This document shows positions 19,174 through 30,077 of a DNA stretch of 64,000 nucleotides, one piece after another. This DNA is from Promethearchaeati archaeon SRVP18_Atabeyarchaeia-1 (GTDB lineage: Archaea; Asgardarchaeota; Atabeyarchaeia; Atabeyarchaeales; Atabeyarchaeaceae): the NCBI GenBank assembly GCA_037308085.1, contig CP147779.1, positions 448,001 through 512,000 of the forward strand, read 5' to 3'. The notes below the pieces were generated by a model. The model searched no databases. It was not told where the DNA came from and worked only from the letters and a program-made list of their open reading frames with translations. Position 1 is the first letter of the stretch. Every line of letters begins with the position of its first letter. Made by a program: the position numbers and the translations under genes.

Positions 19174-19599
19174 ATGAGTAGTCAGGTAAGTTTTGACAAG
19201 CTTAAGGTCGGAGACAGTCTTCCGCCGCTTACCAAGGGGCCGCTAACGAGAGAGTGGATCAAGAAGTACGCGGATGCCTCAGGCGATCATAACCCGATCC
19301 ATATAGATGATAAATCCGCTACTGCCTTTGGTCTCCCTAGCGTCATAGCTCACGGCATGCTGAACATGGCATTTGTGGCGCAGCATGTCACGAACTGGGC
19401 TGGCCTTAGCGGCGACCTGAGGATGATAAAGGTTCGTTTTGGAGCGATAGTGAAACCTGGTGAGACGGTTACCTGCAAAGGCAAGGTAAAGGGCAAGAAG
19501 GTTGAGGCAGGCAGGAAGACGGTTAATTGTGAATTGTGGGCCGAGAACCAGAAGGGTGAACAGGTGATTACTGGAGAGGCTGAAGTGGTTTTCCCATAG
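19174..19599 (+). CDS. MaoC-family (R)-enoyl-CoA hydratase
   Basis: YADASGDHNPIH, IAHGM. Confidence 0.9.
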   Translation: MSSQVSFDKLKVGDSLPPLTKGPLTREWIKKYADASGDHNPIHIDDKSATAFGLPSVIAHGMLNMAFVAQHVTNWAGLSGDLRMIKVRFGAIVKPGETVTCKGKVKGKKVEAGRKTVNCELWAENQKGEQVITGEAEVVFP

Positions 19600-19671
19600 C
19601 ACGCAATCAAGACCGGTGATTGATCAGCGTTCCAAGGCCTAACTCCCCATTTTTTTGTTCTGCGCGCATTC

Positions 19672-20697
19672 TCAGAGCCACTGATCCAAACCCGTTGGTC
19701 TTGCCGACTTCCTTATTTCCTCTATTCTCTTCAAAGCCGCTTGAACGCGTTCAAGAGAGAATCCGTGCTCGTCCACTAGTAGCCGAATTACGCCATCCTT
19801 GTTCAGGTGCCCAGGTTCCATCTGGTACTCATCCGTTGTACTGGGATGGCGGAAAAGCTCTCGTACCTCGGTGTACGGTATTTCCGTTGATGCGCCTTTT
19901 TCCTTGATCGCCAGTTCAGCAGTTCCATATTCCTTTATTAGTTTTAGAGCCGTCTTGGGTCCTATGCCCTTTATTCCCGGGTTGTAGTCTGTCCCAAGAA
20001 TCAGCGCTATTTCAATGAGCTGCTCTCTGGTGACGCCAATACTCTTCATTGACTCTGCAGCGTCAACAATTTCGGGTTCGATCTTCAGATAGATATTCTT
20101 GCCGGGTAACTTTCTTCTCCCACTTATCACGATGTTGCGGATCAATCTTGGAGATCCGAAGAGAATGGAGTCGTAGTCTTGGCTTCCAGTGCCCCATGCA
20201 ACTCCCTTCTCTGTCATGTGAGCAGCTTGGGCTTCGCCTTCAGAGGGAGCTTGGATCCATGGTATTCCCATGCTGTCCAAGAGATCTTTGCTCTCTTGGA
20301 TCATGTCGCCACTTATCGCTAGGGCAAACTGCGCGTATTTTCGCGCGGAAACAACATCCCCAGCGGATAGGGCTTCTTCCCACTTCTCCTTTGCTTCTTT
20401 TCTCTGCTCTCGGCGCTCCTGGACAGTATCTTTCTTCAGCTCAGGAGGCTCTCCGTCAAAAACGAATATCGGTTTAATATTGAATTCTAGCAGATTTACA
20501 GAACGGTAGAATAGCCCACTCAGATGTGACGTGGTTCTCATCCTGCTGTCCATCAAAGGTGTTCCATCGGGTTGCCGAATTACGCTCAGGAACGCGTAAA
20601 GATAGTTCAGCGCATCTATTGTTAAAGTCCTCCCGCTTATCTCCTCCATGGCAATGGGTTTCTTCACCATTAGGTCCCCTAATTTCTGGACTCCCAA
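19672..20697 (-). CDS. fen: Flap endonuclease 1
   Basis: IRQPDGTPL, APSEGEAQAA, GTDYNPG, C-terminal PIP-like motif. Confidence 0.96.
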   Translation of the reverse strand: MGVQKLGDLMVKKPIAMEEISGRTLTIDALNYLYAFLSVIRQPDGTPLMDSRMRTTSHLSGLFYRSVNLLEFNIKPIFVFDGEPPELKKDTVQERREQRKEAKEKWEEALSAGDVVSARKYAQFALAISGDMIQESKDLLDSMGIPWIQAPSEGEAQAAHMTEKGVAWGTGSQDYDSILFGSPRLIRNIVISGRRKLPGKNIYLKIEPEIVDAAESMKSIGVTREQLIEIALILGTDYNPGIKGIGPKTALKLIKEYGTAELAIKEKGASTEIPYTEVRELFRHPSTTDEYQMEPGHLNKDGVIRLLVDEHGFSLERVQAALKRIEEIRKSARPTGLDQWL

Positions 20698-20769
20698 TCA
20701 GCTTTCACCCCTGATTTCTTGATCAGAGAAAGACGGGTTCTCCAGTCTTGAGGTGACGTGTATGATGCT

Positions 20770-21048
20770 CTAGTCTTCACTTACAGGGAGGAACTCTGCA
20801 CCTGGCTTAATCGCTTCAATTCTCCTCTTTGTCCTTGTAATCCTCGATACGTGGATTATTCCGCTTATCTCCAGATCCATCAATGCCTTATTCAACCCTG
20901 ATTGAGATATCTCCCCGTATTCCTTCTCTAAGATGGGCACGAGTTCATTGTCTAGTATGACGCCTTGATGTTTCGCCAGAACGGACATAATCACGTTTCT
21001 CAGCGGAACTGCGTTCCACACCCTTTGTTCCAAGAATACCATCTCCAC
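20770..21048 (-). CDS. Small winged-helix hypothetical protein
   Basis: LNKALMDLEISGIIHV; lies in the cdc48-fen operon. Confidence 0.7.
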   Translation of the reverse strand: MEMVFLEQRVWNAVPLRNVIMSVLAKHQGVILDNELVPILEKEYGEISQSGLNKALMDLEISGIIHVSRITRTKRRIEAIKPGAEFLPVSED

Positions 21049-21070
21049 TTTAATCTGATTTCAGCGAGTG

Positions 21071-23254
21071 CTATACGACTGGTTCAGGCTGACCCAACCA
21101 TTGTCTCCTCATGTAGTCAACAAACGTTTCGTATCTTCTCACCACTTCAGGAGAGACCGTTGGATGTACTTTCTTAGTGGCCTGCTCCAAGTGAGTAGAG
21201 CTCACCTTCTCGGCTTTCTCTCTAATGGCCAAGACCGCGGCCTCTCTACATAGGCTTTCCAAGTCGGCCCCAGTGTAACCATCGGTCTCAAACACGACTT
21301 TCTTCAAGTCGACGTTCCCTTCAAGCGGCATATTTCGAGTATAGACAGACAGTATCTGAAGCCGCTCATTACCGTTCGGAGGCGGAACGTAGATCATCCG
21401 GTCTATCCTCCCAGCTCTAAGCAAAGCTGGATCTAGGATGTCGGGTCGGTTTGTGGCGCAGACTAGTGAAACGTTCTCCATTGTCGCCAGTTCATCCATT
21501 TCAGTTAGGAGCTGGCTCATGACTCTCTCAGGTACATTCGGGTCGCTGGTTGCGTGCTCTCTTCTCCTGGCTATGGCATCGAGTTCATCTATGAAGATCA
21601 CGGTTGGAGCAGAGGATCTAGCTTTTCTGAATACCTCGCGAATTGCTTTCTCCGATTCCCCGACCCACTTGCTCATGACTTCTGGGCCTCTGATGCTAAT
21701 GAAGTTGACTCCGCTTCTTGCTACTACTGCTCTCACCAATGAAGTCTTGCCACAACCGGGGGGACCGAAGAGAAGGGCACTTCTAAGGGGTTTGACACCC
21801 ATCCTCTTGAAATCACCGGCCCTCTTGAGCGACCATTCAACGACTTCAAGTAGCTCCTGTTTTACAGCGTCGAGACCACCCACGTCGTTGAGATCGAGTG
21901 AAGGTACTTCAACCAGAATTTCCCTCAAAGCCGAAGGGTGAGTGTCCTTGAGGGCTTCGTCAAAATCCCTCATCTCGATCTTTAGGTTATCCATGACCTC
22001 GCTTGGCACTCTCTCCTCTTCGAAAATTAATGAGGGAACATGACGACGAAGCGAACGCATTGCGGCTTCCCGGCAGAGTGCAGCCAAGTCCGCGCCAACA
22101 AAGCCGTAGGTTTTTTGGCTTATCTTCTCCACATCAACATCGTCGGCTAGTGGCATCCATCTGGTATGGATTTGCAGTATCTCCGTCCTCTCTTCTGAAG
22201 TGGGCACGGGCAATTCTATTTCTCGATCAAACCGCCCCGGTCTCCGCATCGCTAGATCTATGGAGTTCGCCCTATTTGTGGCCCCGATTACGACGACCCT
22301 ACCTTTGCGTTGAAGTCCATCCATCAGTGATAGGAGTTGCGCGACTATACGTCTCTCAACCTCTCCGATTGTATCTTCTCTCTTTGGGGCAATGGCATCA
22401 ATCTCATCGATGAATATTATTGCAGGAGAGTTCTCCTCAGCATCCTTGAAGACGTCCCGGAGATGCTTTTCAGACTCTCCATAGAACTTGCTTATGATTT
22501 CTGGCCCATTAATTGCGGTGAAATGCGCATCTGACTCGTTTGCCACAGCCCTCGCCAATAATGTCTTGCCACAACCGGGGGCTCCGTAGAGCAGAACGCC
22601 ACGAGGGGGTTCAATTCCAAGTTTGTCAAACAACTCGGGGTACTTTAGAGGAAGTTCAACGATCTCACGCAACCTGAAGATAGTCTCACTCAATCCGCCA
22701 ATATCCTCGTAGGTTACGTAGGGAACATGCGCATCGCGACGTGGGAGGCGAGGCTTTTCACTTATGCGGAGCGACGTCTGCGGTTTTATGACCACGACGC
22801 CTCCGGGTCTCGTCTTCGAAACGGCAAACGAAAAGCCTTTAGTTATCATGGTGACTGAAATAACGTCGCCCTGCAGAATCGGATAGTTAATCAACCTGTT
22901 CTTCACGAATGCCTCAAAACTGGGGTCGATTGATAGCCTCTTTGATAACGGCGTGAGAACAACCGACAGCGCCGCTTTCTCAGATACTTTCTTAATGGTG
23001 ACCTTGTCTCCCAGGCTTACGGCGGCGTTTCTTCGAAGGTAGCCATCCATCCTGATTACTCCTGGGTCGTCATCCTCAGGACGTGCTGCCCAAGCGACGG
23101 CGACTGTTACCCGTTTTCCTCTGATTTCTATTATGTCACCTGTCTTTATACCTAGCTTCTCAAGCACGCTACCACTAAGCCTAACCTTGAACCTCCCCAC
23201 ATCCTCCCGATGGGCTTCCTCTACATTTAGCTGTAAGTCAGACTGACCCGTCAA
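21071..23254 (-). CDS. cdc48: Cdc48/VAT AAA+ ATPase
   Basis: N-domain plus two AAA modules ([16 protein letters not shown]). Confidence 0.95.
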   Translation of the reverse strand: MTGQSDLQLNVEEAHREDVGRFKVRLSGSVLEKLGIKTGDIIEIRGKRVTVAVAWAARPEDDDPGVIRMDGYLRRNAAVSLGDKVTIKKVSEKAALSVVLTPLSKRLSIDPSFEAFVKNRLINYPILQGDVISVTMITKGFSFAVSKTRPGGVVVIKPQTSLRISEKPRLPRRDAHVPYVTYEDIGGLSETIFRLREIVELPLKYPELFDKLGIEPPRGVLLYGAPGCGKTLLARAVANESDAHFTAINGPEIISKFYGESEKHLRDVFKDAEENSPAIIFIDEIDAIAPKREDTIGEVERRIVAQLLSLMDGLQRKGRVVVIGATNRANSIDLAMRRPGRFDREIELPVPTSEERTEILQIHTRWMPLADDVDVEKISQKTYGFVGADLAALCREAAMRSLRRHVPSLIFEEERVPSEVMDNLKIEMRDFDEALKDTHPSALREILVEVPSLDLNDVGGLDAVKQELLEVVEWSLKRAGDFKRMGVKPLRSALLFGPPGCGKTSLVRAVVARSGVNFISIRGPEVMSKWVGESEKAIREVFRKARSSAPTVIFIDELDAIARRREHATSDPNVPERVMSQLLTEMDELATMENVSLVCATNRPDILDPALLRAGRIDRMIYVPPPNGNERLQILSVYTRNMPLEGNVDLKKVVFETDGYTGADLESLCREAAVLAIREKAEKVSSTHLEQATKKVHPTVSPEVVRRYETFVDYMRRQWLGQPEPVV

Positions 23255-23466
23255 GGTCTTACCTCCGTCCCTCCAATATTAGCAAGCTACACTGATCCCG
23301 GATTGTTGCACGCTTTGCTCGACACTTTGGCGCAGGTGGAGCTGGCACTAACTATGTGGTTCAACTCGATTGCTCTGTTAGCAGACTATCTCAAATTGCA
23401 ACTAGACCGATCAGTTTTTGGATGAGAGGCAGATACCTTATCAACCTGCCCCAAAAGTGGTCGAAG

Positions 23467-23733
23467 TTACAACCTGCTGCAGAACTCAATTTGGACGTCG
23501 CTAACCCCTTTGACGTTTCTTATGGCCTCTTCGACGGAGTCTGTTCCTCCAGTTTCATCAGGTAGCATTAGGCTGAGTTTCAAAGCCTTTATTCCGAATG
23601 CGACTTCCTCGATTTCAGCTTTCTTGATGCTTACCTTGGGGGGAAGCTTTTTTGATATTGCACTCTGCAGCTTCTGGATATTTGTCTCAGCACTTTCAGG
23701 CATCACCTTGATTATTGCAAGTACGTTTGCCAT
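23467..23733 (-). CDS. ef1b: Elongation factor 1-beta
   Basis: IKVMPES, EEVAFGIKAL, GGTD. Confidence 0.93.
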   Translation of the reverse strand: MANVLAIIKVMPESAETNIQKLQSAISKKLPPKVSIKKAEIEEVAFGIKALKLSLMLPDETGGTDSVEEAIRNVKGVSDVQIEFCSRL

Positions 23734-23875
23734 CTTAGTTCACACAACCAAATCGCTATACTCGTCTTGAACAGATTTCTACAAGGGACAAAACATGAAG
23801 TGTGAGAGCTAAAAATGTTCCTACCAGCGCTTATTGCTCCATGATTGTGATATTCTGGGGTTCCAAGAGACTCGC

Positions 23876-24052
23876 CTACGGTCCAGTGAAGCCACATTTC
23901 GCGCAGCGATACGTGTTCCCGAATTTTCTACACTTACCGCAACGCCATATTACGACCTCGCCGCAGCTTGGACAAGCGAAACGAACGGCTTGGTCTCCTG
24001 GCTGAATGAAACGACCGCAACTAGTGCAGGCAGGCATCTGTATCCTTGACAT
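23876..24052 (-). CDS. Small double zinc-ribbon protein (DUF1610-like), not in the ORF track
   Basis: MSRIQMPACTSCGR...FACPSCGE..IWRCGKCRK...YRCAKCGFTGP; upstream of EF-1beta. Confidence 0.88.
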   Translation of the reverse strand: MSRIQMPACTSCGRFIQPGDQAVRFACPSCGEVVIWRCGKCRKFGNTYRCAKCGFTGP

Positions 24053-24129
24053 TCTGGGATTTCACCTTTTGACTTAAACATCAGGTACTTTGCGAAGAGT
24101 AGTGCACAACCATATTTAAATCTAAGGTT

Positions 24130-25101
24130 ATGAGCTCAGAAATCTCGGTGATGGCAGTGTCTTTGAGGGAGAAGTCCAGGCTGATTGAAGGGATAACCCT
24201 ACGGGATATTGGAAGGAGGGGAGTCGATCGCCTTTACCGGGCGGTCTCTGACCTAGCAGCTGGCACTCCAACCCTCAGCGCCGCCGATTCACTATACAGA
24301 GCCACCAAGCGTGGTGGTAACGTCATAGTCACTTCAGGTTTCACGATATTGACCTCAGATAGATGCGAGACTGACGGCCCCTTGGGATCCATTGTCTTGG
24401 GGAAGCTCATCGGAAAGATGGGTGCCCATTTGATTCTCCTGACTGATCCCGATTACCTGGATCTGTTCGAAGCCATATGCATATCAGCGGGCTTGACTTC
24501 CTTTCAGTGCCTTGGCTTCCCTATTGAGCATGATCAGGCAAAAGTGGAGACGACGAAGATATTTGATGAGTTCTCTCCTGTTGCCATTATCGCCATTGAG
24601 AGGCCAGGCTGGAACAGGAAGTTCGTCTACCACAACATGCTAGGTCAAGACATCTCTTCGAAGACAGCCAAGGTTGATTACATCTTCAACCATGCACAAT
24701 TGAGCAGAACTCTCACAATTGGCATAGGCGATGGCGGCAATGAAATAGGAATGGGGAATATTGCAGGCACCATAAATGAACATGTTCCATTCGGTTCAGT
24801 GTGCCGTTGCCCTTGCAGAGGGGGAATCGCGAGTATCACGAAAGTAGATCACTTGATAGTTTCCTCAGTGTCAAACTGGGGGGGTTACGGGCTGGCAGCG
24901 ATATTGGCGCGACTCGCGAATGTGCCATTCGAGCACACACCTAACGATGAACGCAGACTGATCAAGGCCGCTGTTAAAGCAGGGGCAGTTGATGGCGTAA
25001 CCGGAAAATCGATTCCTGCCGTCGACGGTGTGGACATGGACGGAAATGCCGAAGTCGTGAGGAGAATCCTCATGGTCATGTATGGTCATGGCTCGTGGTA
25101 G
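24130..25101 (+). CDS. D-glutamate cyclase-like (DUF4392) protein
   Basis: ETDGPLG, IERPG, IGIGDGGNEIGMG, VSNWGGY. Confidence 0.88.
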   Translation: MSSEISVMAVSLREKSRLIEGITLRDIGRRGVDRLYRAVSDLAAGTPTLSAADSLYRATKRGGNVIVTSGFTILTSDRCETDGPLGSIVLGKLIGKMGAHLILLTDPDYLDLFEAICISAGLTSFQCLGFPIEHDQAKVETTKIFDEFSPVAIIAIERPGWNRKFVYHNMLGQDISSKTAKVDYIFNHAQLSRTLTIGIGDGGNEIGMGNIAGTINEHVPFGSVCRCPCRGGIASITKVDHLIVSSVSNWGGYGLAAILARLANVPFEHTPNDERRLIKAAVKAGAVDGVTGKSIPAVDGVDMDGNAEVVRRILMVMYGHGSW

Positions 25102-25122
25102 AAAGAGGTAGCACGGCCCCAT

Positions 25123-26349
25123 CTATCTTATCCCTAAGAGTGATAGGATGGGCGCGATGATTATCCTAGGATTCCTCAGTATGGTCTTGAGAAAATTGGA
25201 CTGCAGATCTATGTCTCCTTTCTGCTCCATCAAGTCTGCTAACCCACTCTTCACCGCAGTACGTACAAGTTTGTCCAATAGACCGTCGGGAAGATAGTTC
25301 ATGAGCCGACGCGCCCAAAGCATCGTGGAAAATTCTCGACTGAGTTCCCTTCTCCACTCTTTCTCATACCTCTCAAGGAATCTCTTGCTATAGTCTGTAT
25401 GCGCAGAACAATCCAATACAACTCTCGTCGCGATCTTCGCGCAAGTTCCTCCCATCACGACTCCTCCACCAGTCGTGGGTTTAGTCTGACCGGCGCAGTC
25501 CCCTATCGCAAGGAATCTATTAGAATAAGTTCTTCTCGTCGGCCCACCGGTCAGAACAAGTCCTCCAAAGGTCTTCTCCACTTTTGCCTTTGCAAACATC
25601 TCACATGTGGGAGGATGATGCGAGACGAAATATCTCAACAAGGAAAGCGACTTTGGCACCTTAGATGCCAAACCAACTCTTGCCGAGTTGCTTCCGGTCG
25701 GAATGACCCAGGCAAAGAACCCTGGAGCGAAGGTCCTGCCTAGATGTATTTGCACGAGATCGTCTCTCTCCAATCTGACACCATTCATCTCAAACTGTGT
25801 AGCGTAGAGCCTCATTCTTGGATTGGGTGCGCCGAGACCGACCTGCCTTGATAGATTGGCAAGCGCACCCTCACATGAGATAACCAAATCAGCTCGTATC
25901 CTCATCTTTTCTTTTGAACTTCTTCCGCTTGGCATTTCGGTAGCCACGACAGCCTCTTCGGGCTTGATGTCCACCGAGGTTGCCTTCGCATTTAGCGCAA
26001 TCCCCGATCCTTTCTTGGCGGCCTCATCTGCAATCTGCCTGTCAAGTGATGCTCTGTCGAGGACATAGGCTTGATCATATTGCCTCTCGACAGTCATTTG
26101 CGCCCCGAATCTTGAGAACAGTGTTGCACCCTTAACTTTGTTTAACACGGCTCTTCTTGATGGTGTGATTCCCAGTCTGCCCAGCCCATTGATGCTTATT
26201 AGACCCGCGCAGTGCTCCGGCTGCCCGATAGTAGTGTGCTCTTCGAGGATCATGGTATTCAAGCCTTTTTCGGCTAAGCCTTTTGCGGCAATGCCTCCAA
26301 TTGGTCCTCCGCCGACAACCACGACGTCGAACTTCTCGGAAAAAGTCAC
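25123..26349 (-). CDS. Geranylgeranyl reductase family FAD oxidoreductase
   Basis: DVVVVGGGPIG, HCAG, APGFFAWVIP, GDCAGQTKPTTGGG; start refined to GTG after an SD. Confidence 0.88.
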   Translation of the reverse strand: MTFSEKFDVVVVGGGPIGGIAAKGLAEKGLNTMILEEHTTIGQPEHCAGLISINGLGRLGITPSRRAVLNKVKGATLFSRFGAQMTVERQYDQAYVLDRASLDRQIADEAAKKGSGIALNAKATSVDIKPEEAVVATEMPSGRSSKEKMRIRADLVISCEGALANLSRQVGLGAPNPRMRLYATQFEMNGVRLERDDLVQIHLGRTFAPGFFAWVIPTGSNSARVGLASKVPKSLSLLRYFVSHHPPTCEMFAKAKVEKTFGGLVLTGGPTRRTYSNRFLAIGDCAGQTKPTTGGGVVMGGTCAKIATRVVLDCSAHTDYSKRFLERYEKEWRRELSREFSTMLWARRLMNYLPDGLLDKLVRTAVKSGLADLMEQKGDIDLQSNFLKTILRNPRIIIAPILSLLGIR

Positions 26350-26647
26350 CTGCAGCTCACCCACTGTAACGATACCACGAGGGGCAAAGGATGCTGATTC
26401 AAAGGTGTGTGGGAGATAATAACCATTCGGAGAGACAACGTTCTGCCTGGCTTCTGGGTCCTTCTTCTGGCCCTCTATCCCCTCATCGATTAGCCCCGAA
26501 GGATTCTTATTGGTAAAGGCGATGTAGTGCCTCAAAGTGTAGATAGTTCAACTTGGTTGTTTCCTCTAGGGCGCAACCAAGTCATTTCCTGACTCCATCA
26601 TAGTTCTCTGCCGGCAATAGAACCACCTCTGATTCAACAGGAGGCGT

Positions 26648-27037
26648 TTGAGAATAAGAGACGTATTACAAGGTTCGTCCATATTCAGCTTCAAGCAAGT
26701 TATCGTCTTGAGAACTGATATAAAGATGTCCAAAGGCAAATTCGCTGTGCAAGCCTCCCATGCGTCGGTGACCGCACTAGAGGAAGCTAGAAAAGAGCAC
26801 CGAGACTGGGTCAAATCTTGGCTTGATGAAGGGCAGAAGAAGGTCGTGGCTAAAGTCAAGAGCATAGAGGAACTCCAGATCCTCAGGCGCCAGGCTGAGA
26901 GGCTGAGTTTGCCTAACGCACTGATTGAGGACAGAGGTCTCACGGAGCTCCCTCCTGGAACAGTCACAGCATTGGGAATCGGCCCCGCACCAAACGATGC
27001 AATCGACAAAGTAACACGAGATCTCAAGTTGCTGTAA
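26648..27037 (+). CDS. pth2: Peptidyl-tRNA hydrolase Pth2
   Basis: MSKGKFAVQASHA, GQKKVV, D.GLTE, GIGP. Confidence 0.93.
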   Translation: MRIRDVLQGSSIFSFKQVIVLRTDIKMSKGKFAVQASHASVTALEEARKEHRDWVKSWLDEGQKKVVAKVKSIEELQILRRQAERLSLPNALIEDRGLTELPPGTVTALGIGPAPNDAIDKVTRDLKLL

Positions 27038-27069
27038 ACAAGGTAGCCATATATCCTGAGGGAACAAAC

Positions 27070-28416
27070 TTGCCAAGCGTTGCCGCGATGGAAGAAGATC
27101 TTGGCATCGAGCTTTTCTCCACATCTTCGGAAGGAATCGGCGGCGCAATAAAGCAGAGAGAAGAGGACTTCAGAGTCGAGGAGATCCCATTATGGACCGA
27201 CATGGGAGAAGATGCGAGCGGTGTCCAGAACAATGGCCCGTACTCGGTTTTCTGGCTCGAAAAGCGAGGCTTAGATACCCTTTTGGCCATCAAAAGAATC
27301 GCCAAGAGTCTTGGCATCAGTCAGAAAAGGCTCTCCTTCGCAGGAATGAAGGACAGAAATGCTATAACCCTCCAGAGAGTGAGCGCCTGGAAAGTCCCTG
27401 CCGAGAAGTTGAGGCAGGTCAATCTCAGCGGAATCCAGATAAAAGATGTTTCACAATCTGATGTCCCAATCCGCATGGGAAGCCATTGGGGAAACGCTTT
27501 TTCAATTATCGTCAGAGGCATACCCTTTACTGTGACCGAAGCGGAGACCCGGATTGAGATGGTATCAGAGGAAATCAGATCCAAAGGCGGATTGTTGAAT
27601 TACTTCGGGCAGCAAAGATTCGGTTTATCACGACCGATAACTCATATCGTGGGTCTGAGATTACTAAAGGGAGATCTTAGGGACGCCGCCATGGTTTTCC
27701 TTTCCAAGACGTCCCCGTATGAGTCAGATGATGTGAGGGGAGCAAGAGCGGAACTCGCTGCAACGGAAGACTTCGAGTTGGCGGTTAAGCGGTTTCCCGT
27801 CCGACTATCATATGAGCTGGCCATGTTAAACAAGCTCGCCTCCGACCCACGCAACTTTGCTAATGCTTTTCGAGCCCTGCCGAGGAGGTTGCTGCAGATG
27901 TTCATATCTGCCGCGCAATCTTGGTTATTCAACAAGTTTCTGAGCGAGCGCCTGAGAAGAAATATACAGCTCAATGAGTGCGTGCCTGGAGACGTCGCAT
28001 CGCCCCTTGACGCCCGCGGACTAACGACGAATGAGTTCTTCAGAGTTGAGGACTCAAACCCTGTCGAGTTGAAAGAGCAGTTGGATAGCGGAAAAGCCGC
28101 GATTGTATATCCGGTTCCAGGTTTCGATATGAATCTACCCGAGGGAGTGATGAAAGAGATAGTTAGGGAGATAATGGACCGAGAAGGGATAGTCCCAAGA
28201 AGTTTCTGGATCAGCATGATTCCTGAGACTAGCTCGGCGGGCGTATTTAGATCCATAGTCTTAATACCAAAAGGGCTAAAGATAACAGCGTCATGCTCAG
28301 AGACTGCGGGAGTATCCAATGCGAGATTCGAATTCTCATTGGTCAGAGGAGGATATGCAACCGTCGTACTGAGAGAGTTCATGAAAAACGATAATCCTCT
28401 CGCTGCAGGTTACTAG
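27070..28416 (+). CDS. truD: tRNA pseudouridine(13) synthase
   Basis: EDFRVEE, AGMKDRNA, NYFGQQRFG, GGYATVVLRE. Confidence 0.93.
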   Translation: MPSVAAMEEDLGIELFSTSSEGIGGAIKQREEDFRVEEIPLWTDMGEDASGVQNNGPYSVFWLEKRGLDTLLAIKRIAKSLGISQKRLSFAGMKDRNAITLQRVSAWKVPAEKLRQVNLSGIQIKDVSQSDVPIRMGSHWGNAFSIIVRGIPFTVTEAETRIEMVSEEIRSKGGLLNYFGQQRFGLSRPITHIVGLRLLKGDLRDAAMVFLSKTSPYESDDVRGARAELAATEDFELAVKRFPVRLSYELAMLNKLASDPRNFANAFRALPRRLLQMFISAAQSWLFNKFLSERLRRNIQLNECVPGDVASPLDARGLTTNEFFRVEDSNPVELKEQLDSGKAAIVYPVPGFDMNLPEGVMKEIVREIMDREGIVPRSFWISMIPETSSAGVFRSIVLIPKGLKITASCSETAGVSNARFEFSLVRGGYATVVLREFMKNDNPLAAGY

Positions 28417-28479
28417 CGTCAGGCAAGAGAATGATAATTACGGCAAACGAACAGTGAAGATGTCGGGTGATCTGATAAA

Positions 28480-29799
28480 ATGGAACTTGACGAATTGGGC
28501 GATCTTAGGAGAACGCATTTCTCAGTGGCAATAGACTCCTCCTTACATGGCAAAGAGGTAGTTGTAGCCGGACATGCAAACAGGATTCGAGACATAGGCA
28601 AAGTCAAATTCATCGACCTACGGGATAGAGACGGTAATGTGCAAGTCACTGTGGTGACCGGCAAGGCCAGCAGAGAGGTAATTGAAAAAGTCAAGCAAAT
28701 AGGCAATGAGTTCGTGCTCGTTGTTAGGGGCGTCGTCAGCGCTAATCCGCAAGCTCCAAGAGGAGTGGAGATACTTCCCTCAGCCATTAAGATTGTTAAT
28801 TCAGCCAAGCACCCGCTGCCTCTTGATCCAACAGGGTCTGTTCCTGCCGATATCGACACGCGACTTAATGCGAGAGTGCTTGATCTGAGACGCCCGAAGC
28901 CGCATGCCATATTCAAAATACAGCACTTTCTGCTAAAGTCGATCCGGCAATTTCTGTCGGATAGGGGATTTATCGAAATAGATACGCCGAAACTCATAGT
29001 CAGCGCGACGGAAGGAGGAACCCAACTCTTTCCCGTTAAGTACTTTGAGAGAACGTGTTATCTCAGGCAGTCAGCTCAGCTGTACAAGGAACAGCTCTCA
29101 AGTTCCTTTGACAAAGTATACGAGATAGGACCTGTTTTCAGAGCTGAAGAGCATGATACAACCAGGCATCTTAACGAATTAACGCAAATAGACATCGAAG
29201 CCGCATTCATGAGCTATGTTGACGTCATGAAGATCCTTGAAGAGCTCGTCTCTGAATGTTATAGCGAGCTAGCTGAGAACTGCTCTGGAGAACTAGCTGC
29301 TCTCGGAAGGAAGATCGAGAGGCCAACTATTCCATTCGAGAGAGTCACTTATAGTCAATTAGTAGAAGATTTGAAATCCCAGGGGATTGAGCTTGAATGG
29401 GGTCAGGACTTTGAACTTCATCATCTCAAAGCCATTGGAAAGAAACTTGGGAGCTTCTACTTCATTACAGATTGGCCGACAAGTATGAAGCCATTCTACA
29501 TAAGGCCGAAAACTGACCACCCAGATGTTAGCGAATCCTTCGATCTTCAGTACGGTTGGCTTGAGCTTGCAAGTGGCGGAACAAGGATACACGAAGAAGA
29601 TCTACTCCTCAAGCGCCTTACGGAGCAAGGGCTGAAACCCGAGCATTTCCGGGACCATCTGCAAGCCTTCGAAGTTGGCATGCCCCCGCACAGTGGATGG
29701 GCAGTTGGTCTTGCAAGGTTGATGATGGTCATAGCTGGCGTAGATAACATAAGAGAGTGCGTCTTCTACCCAAGAGATAGATTAAGGCTGACCCCGTGA
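28480..29799 (+). CDS. aspS: Aspartyl-tRNA synthetase
   Basis: [31 protein letters not shown]. Confidence 0.95.
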   Translation: MELDELGDLRRTHFSVAIDSSLHGKEVVVAGHANRIRDIGKVKFIDLRDRDGNVQVTVVTGKASREVIEKVKQIGNEFVLVVRGVVSANPQAPRGVEILPSAIKIVNSAKHPLPLDPTGSVPADIDTRLNARVLDLRRPKPHAIFKIQHFLLKSIRQFLSDRGFIEIDTPKLIVSATEGGTQLFPVKYFERTCYLRQSAQLYKEQLSSSFDKVYEIGPVFRAEEHDTTRHLNELTQIDIEAAFMSYVDVMKILEELVSECYSELAENCSGELAALGRKIERPTIPFERVTYSQLVEDLKSQGIELEWGQDFELHHLKAIGKKLGSFYFITDWPTSMKPFYIRPKTDHPDVSESFDLQYGWLELASGGTRIHEEDLLLKRLTEQGLKPEHFRDHLQAFEVGMPPHSGWAVGLARLMMVIAGVDNIRECVFYPRDRLRLTP

Positions 29800-29827
29800 G
29801 AAGCCTGCCCCGAGAACCAAATGAAAA

Positions 29828-29989
29828 CTACTTCGAGAGTTCACGCTTCTTCAGCCTAAGGTCAGATCGATGGCAGTTGCGGCATCTCTTCGCAGAAATC
29901 GGGTTCTTTGAGCCACAGGTTCTGCATATCTTGAAGTAGAGTAAGTGCTGAGCCGCAATTCTTCTCTTCTCAGGATCGCCAATAGGCAT
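29828..29989 (-). CDS. rpl40e: Ribosomal protein eL40, not in the ORF track
   Basis: MPIGDPEKRRIAAQHLLYFKICRTCGSKNPISAKRCRNCHRSDLRLKKRELSK. Confidence 0.92.
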   Translation of the reverse strand: MPIGDPEKRRIAAQHLLYFKICRTCGSKNPISAKRCRNCHRSDLRLKKRELSK

Positions 29990-30077
29990 CATTTGTCACC
30001 CAACGATACTAGATAGCAGCGAACGCAATTGGTCAGTAGGAGATAGGTATAGTATCCTTCTGTTTTAACTTTATCGG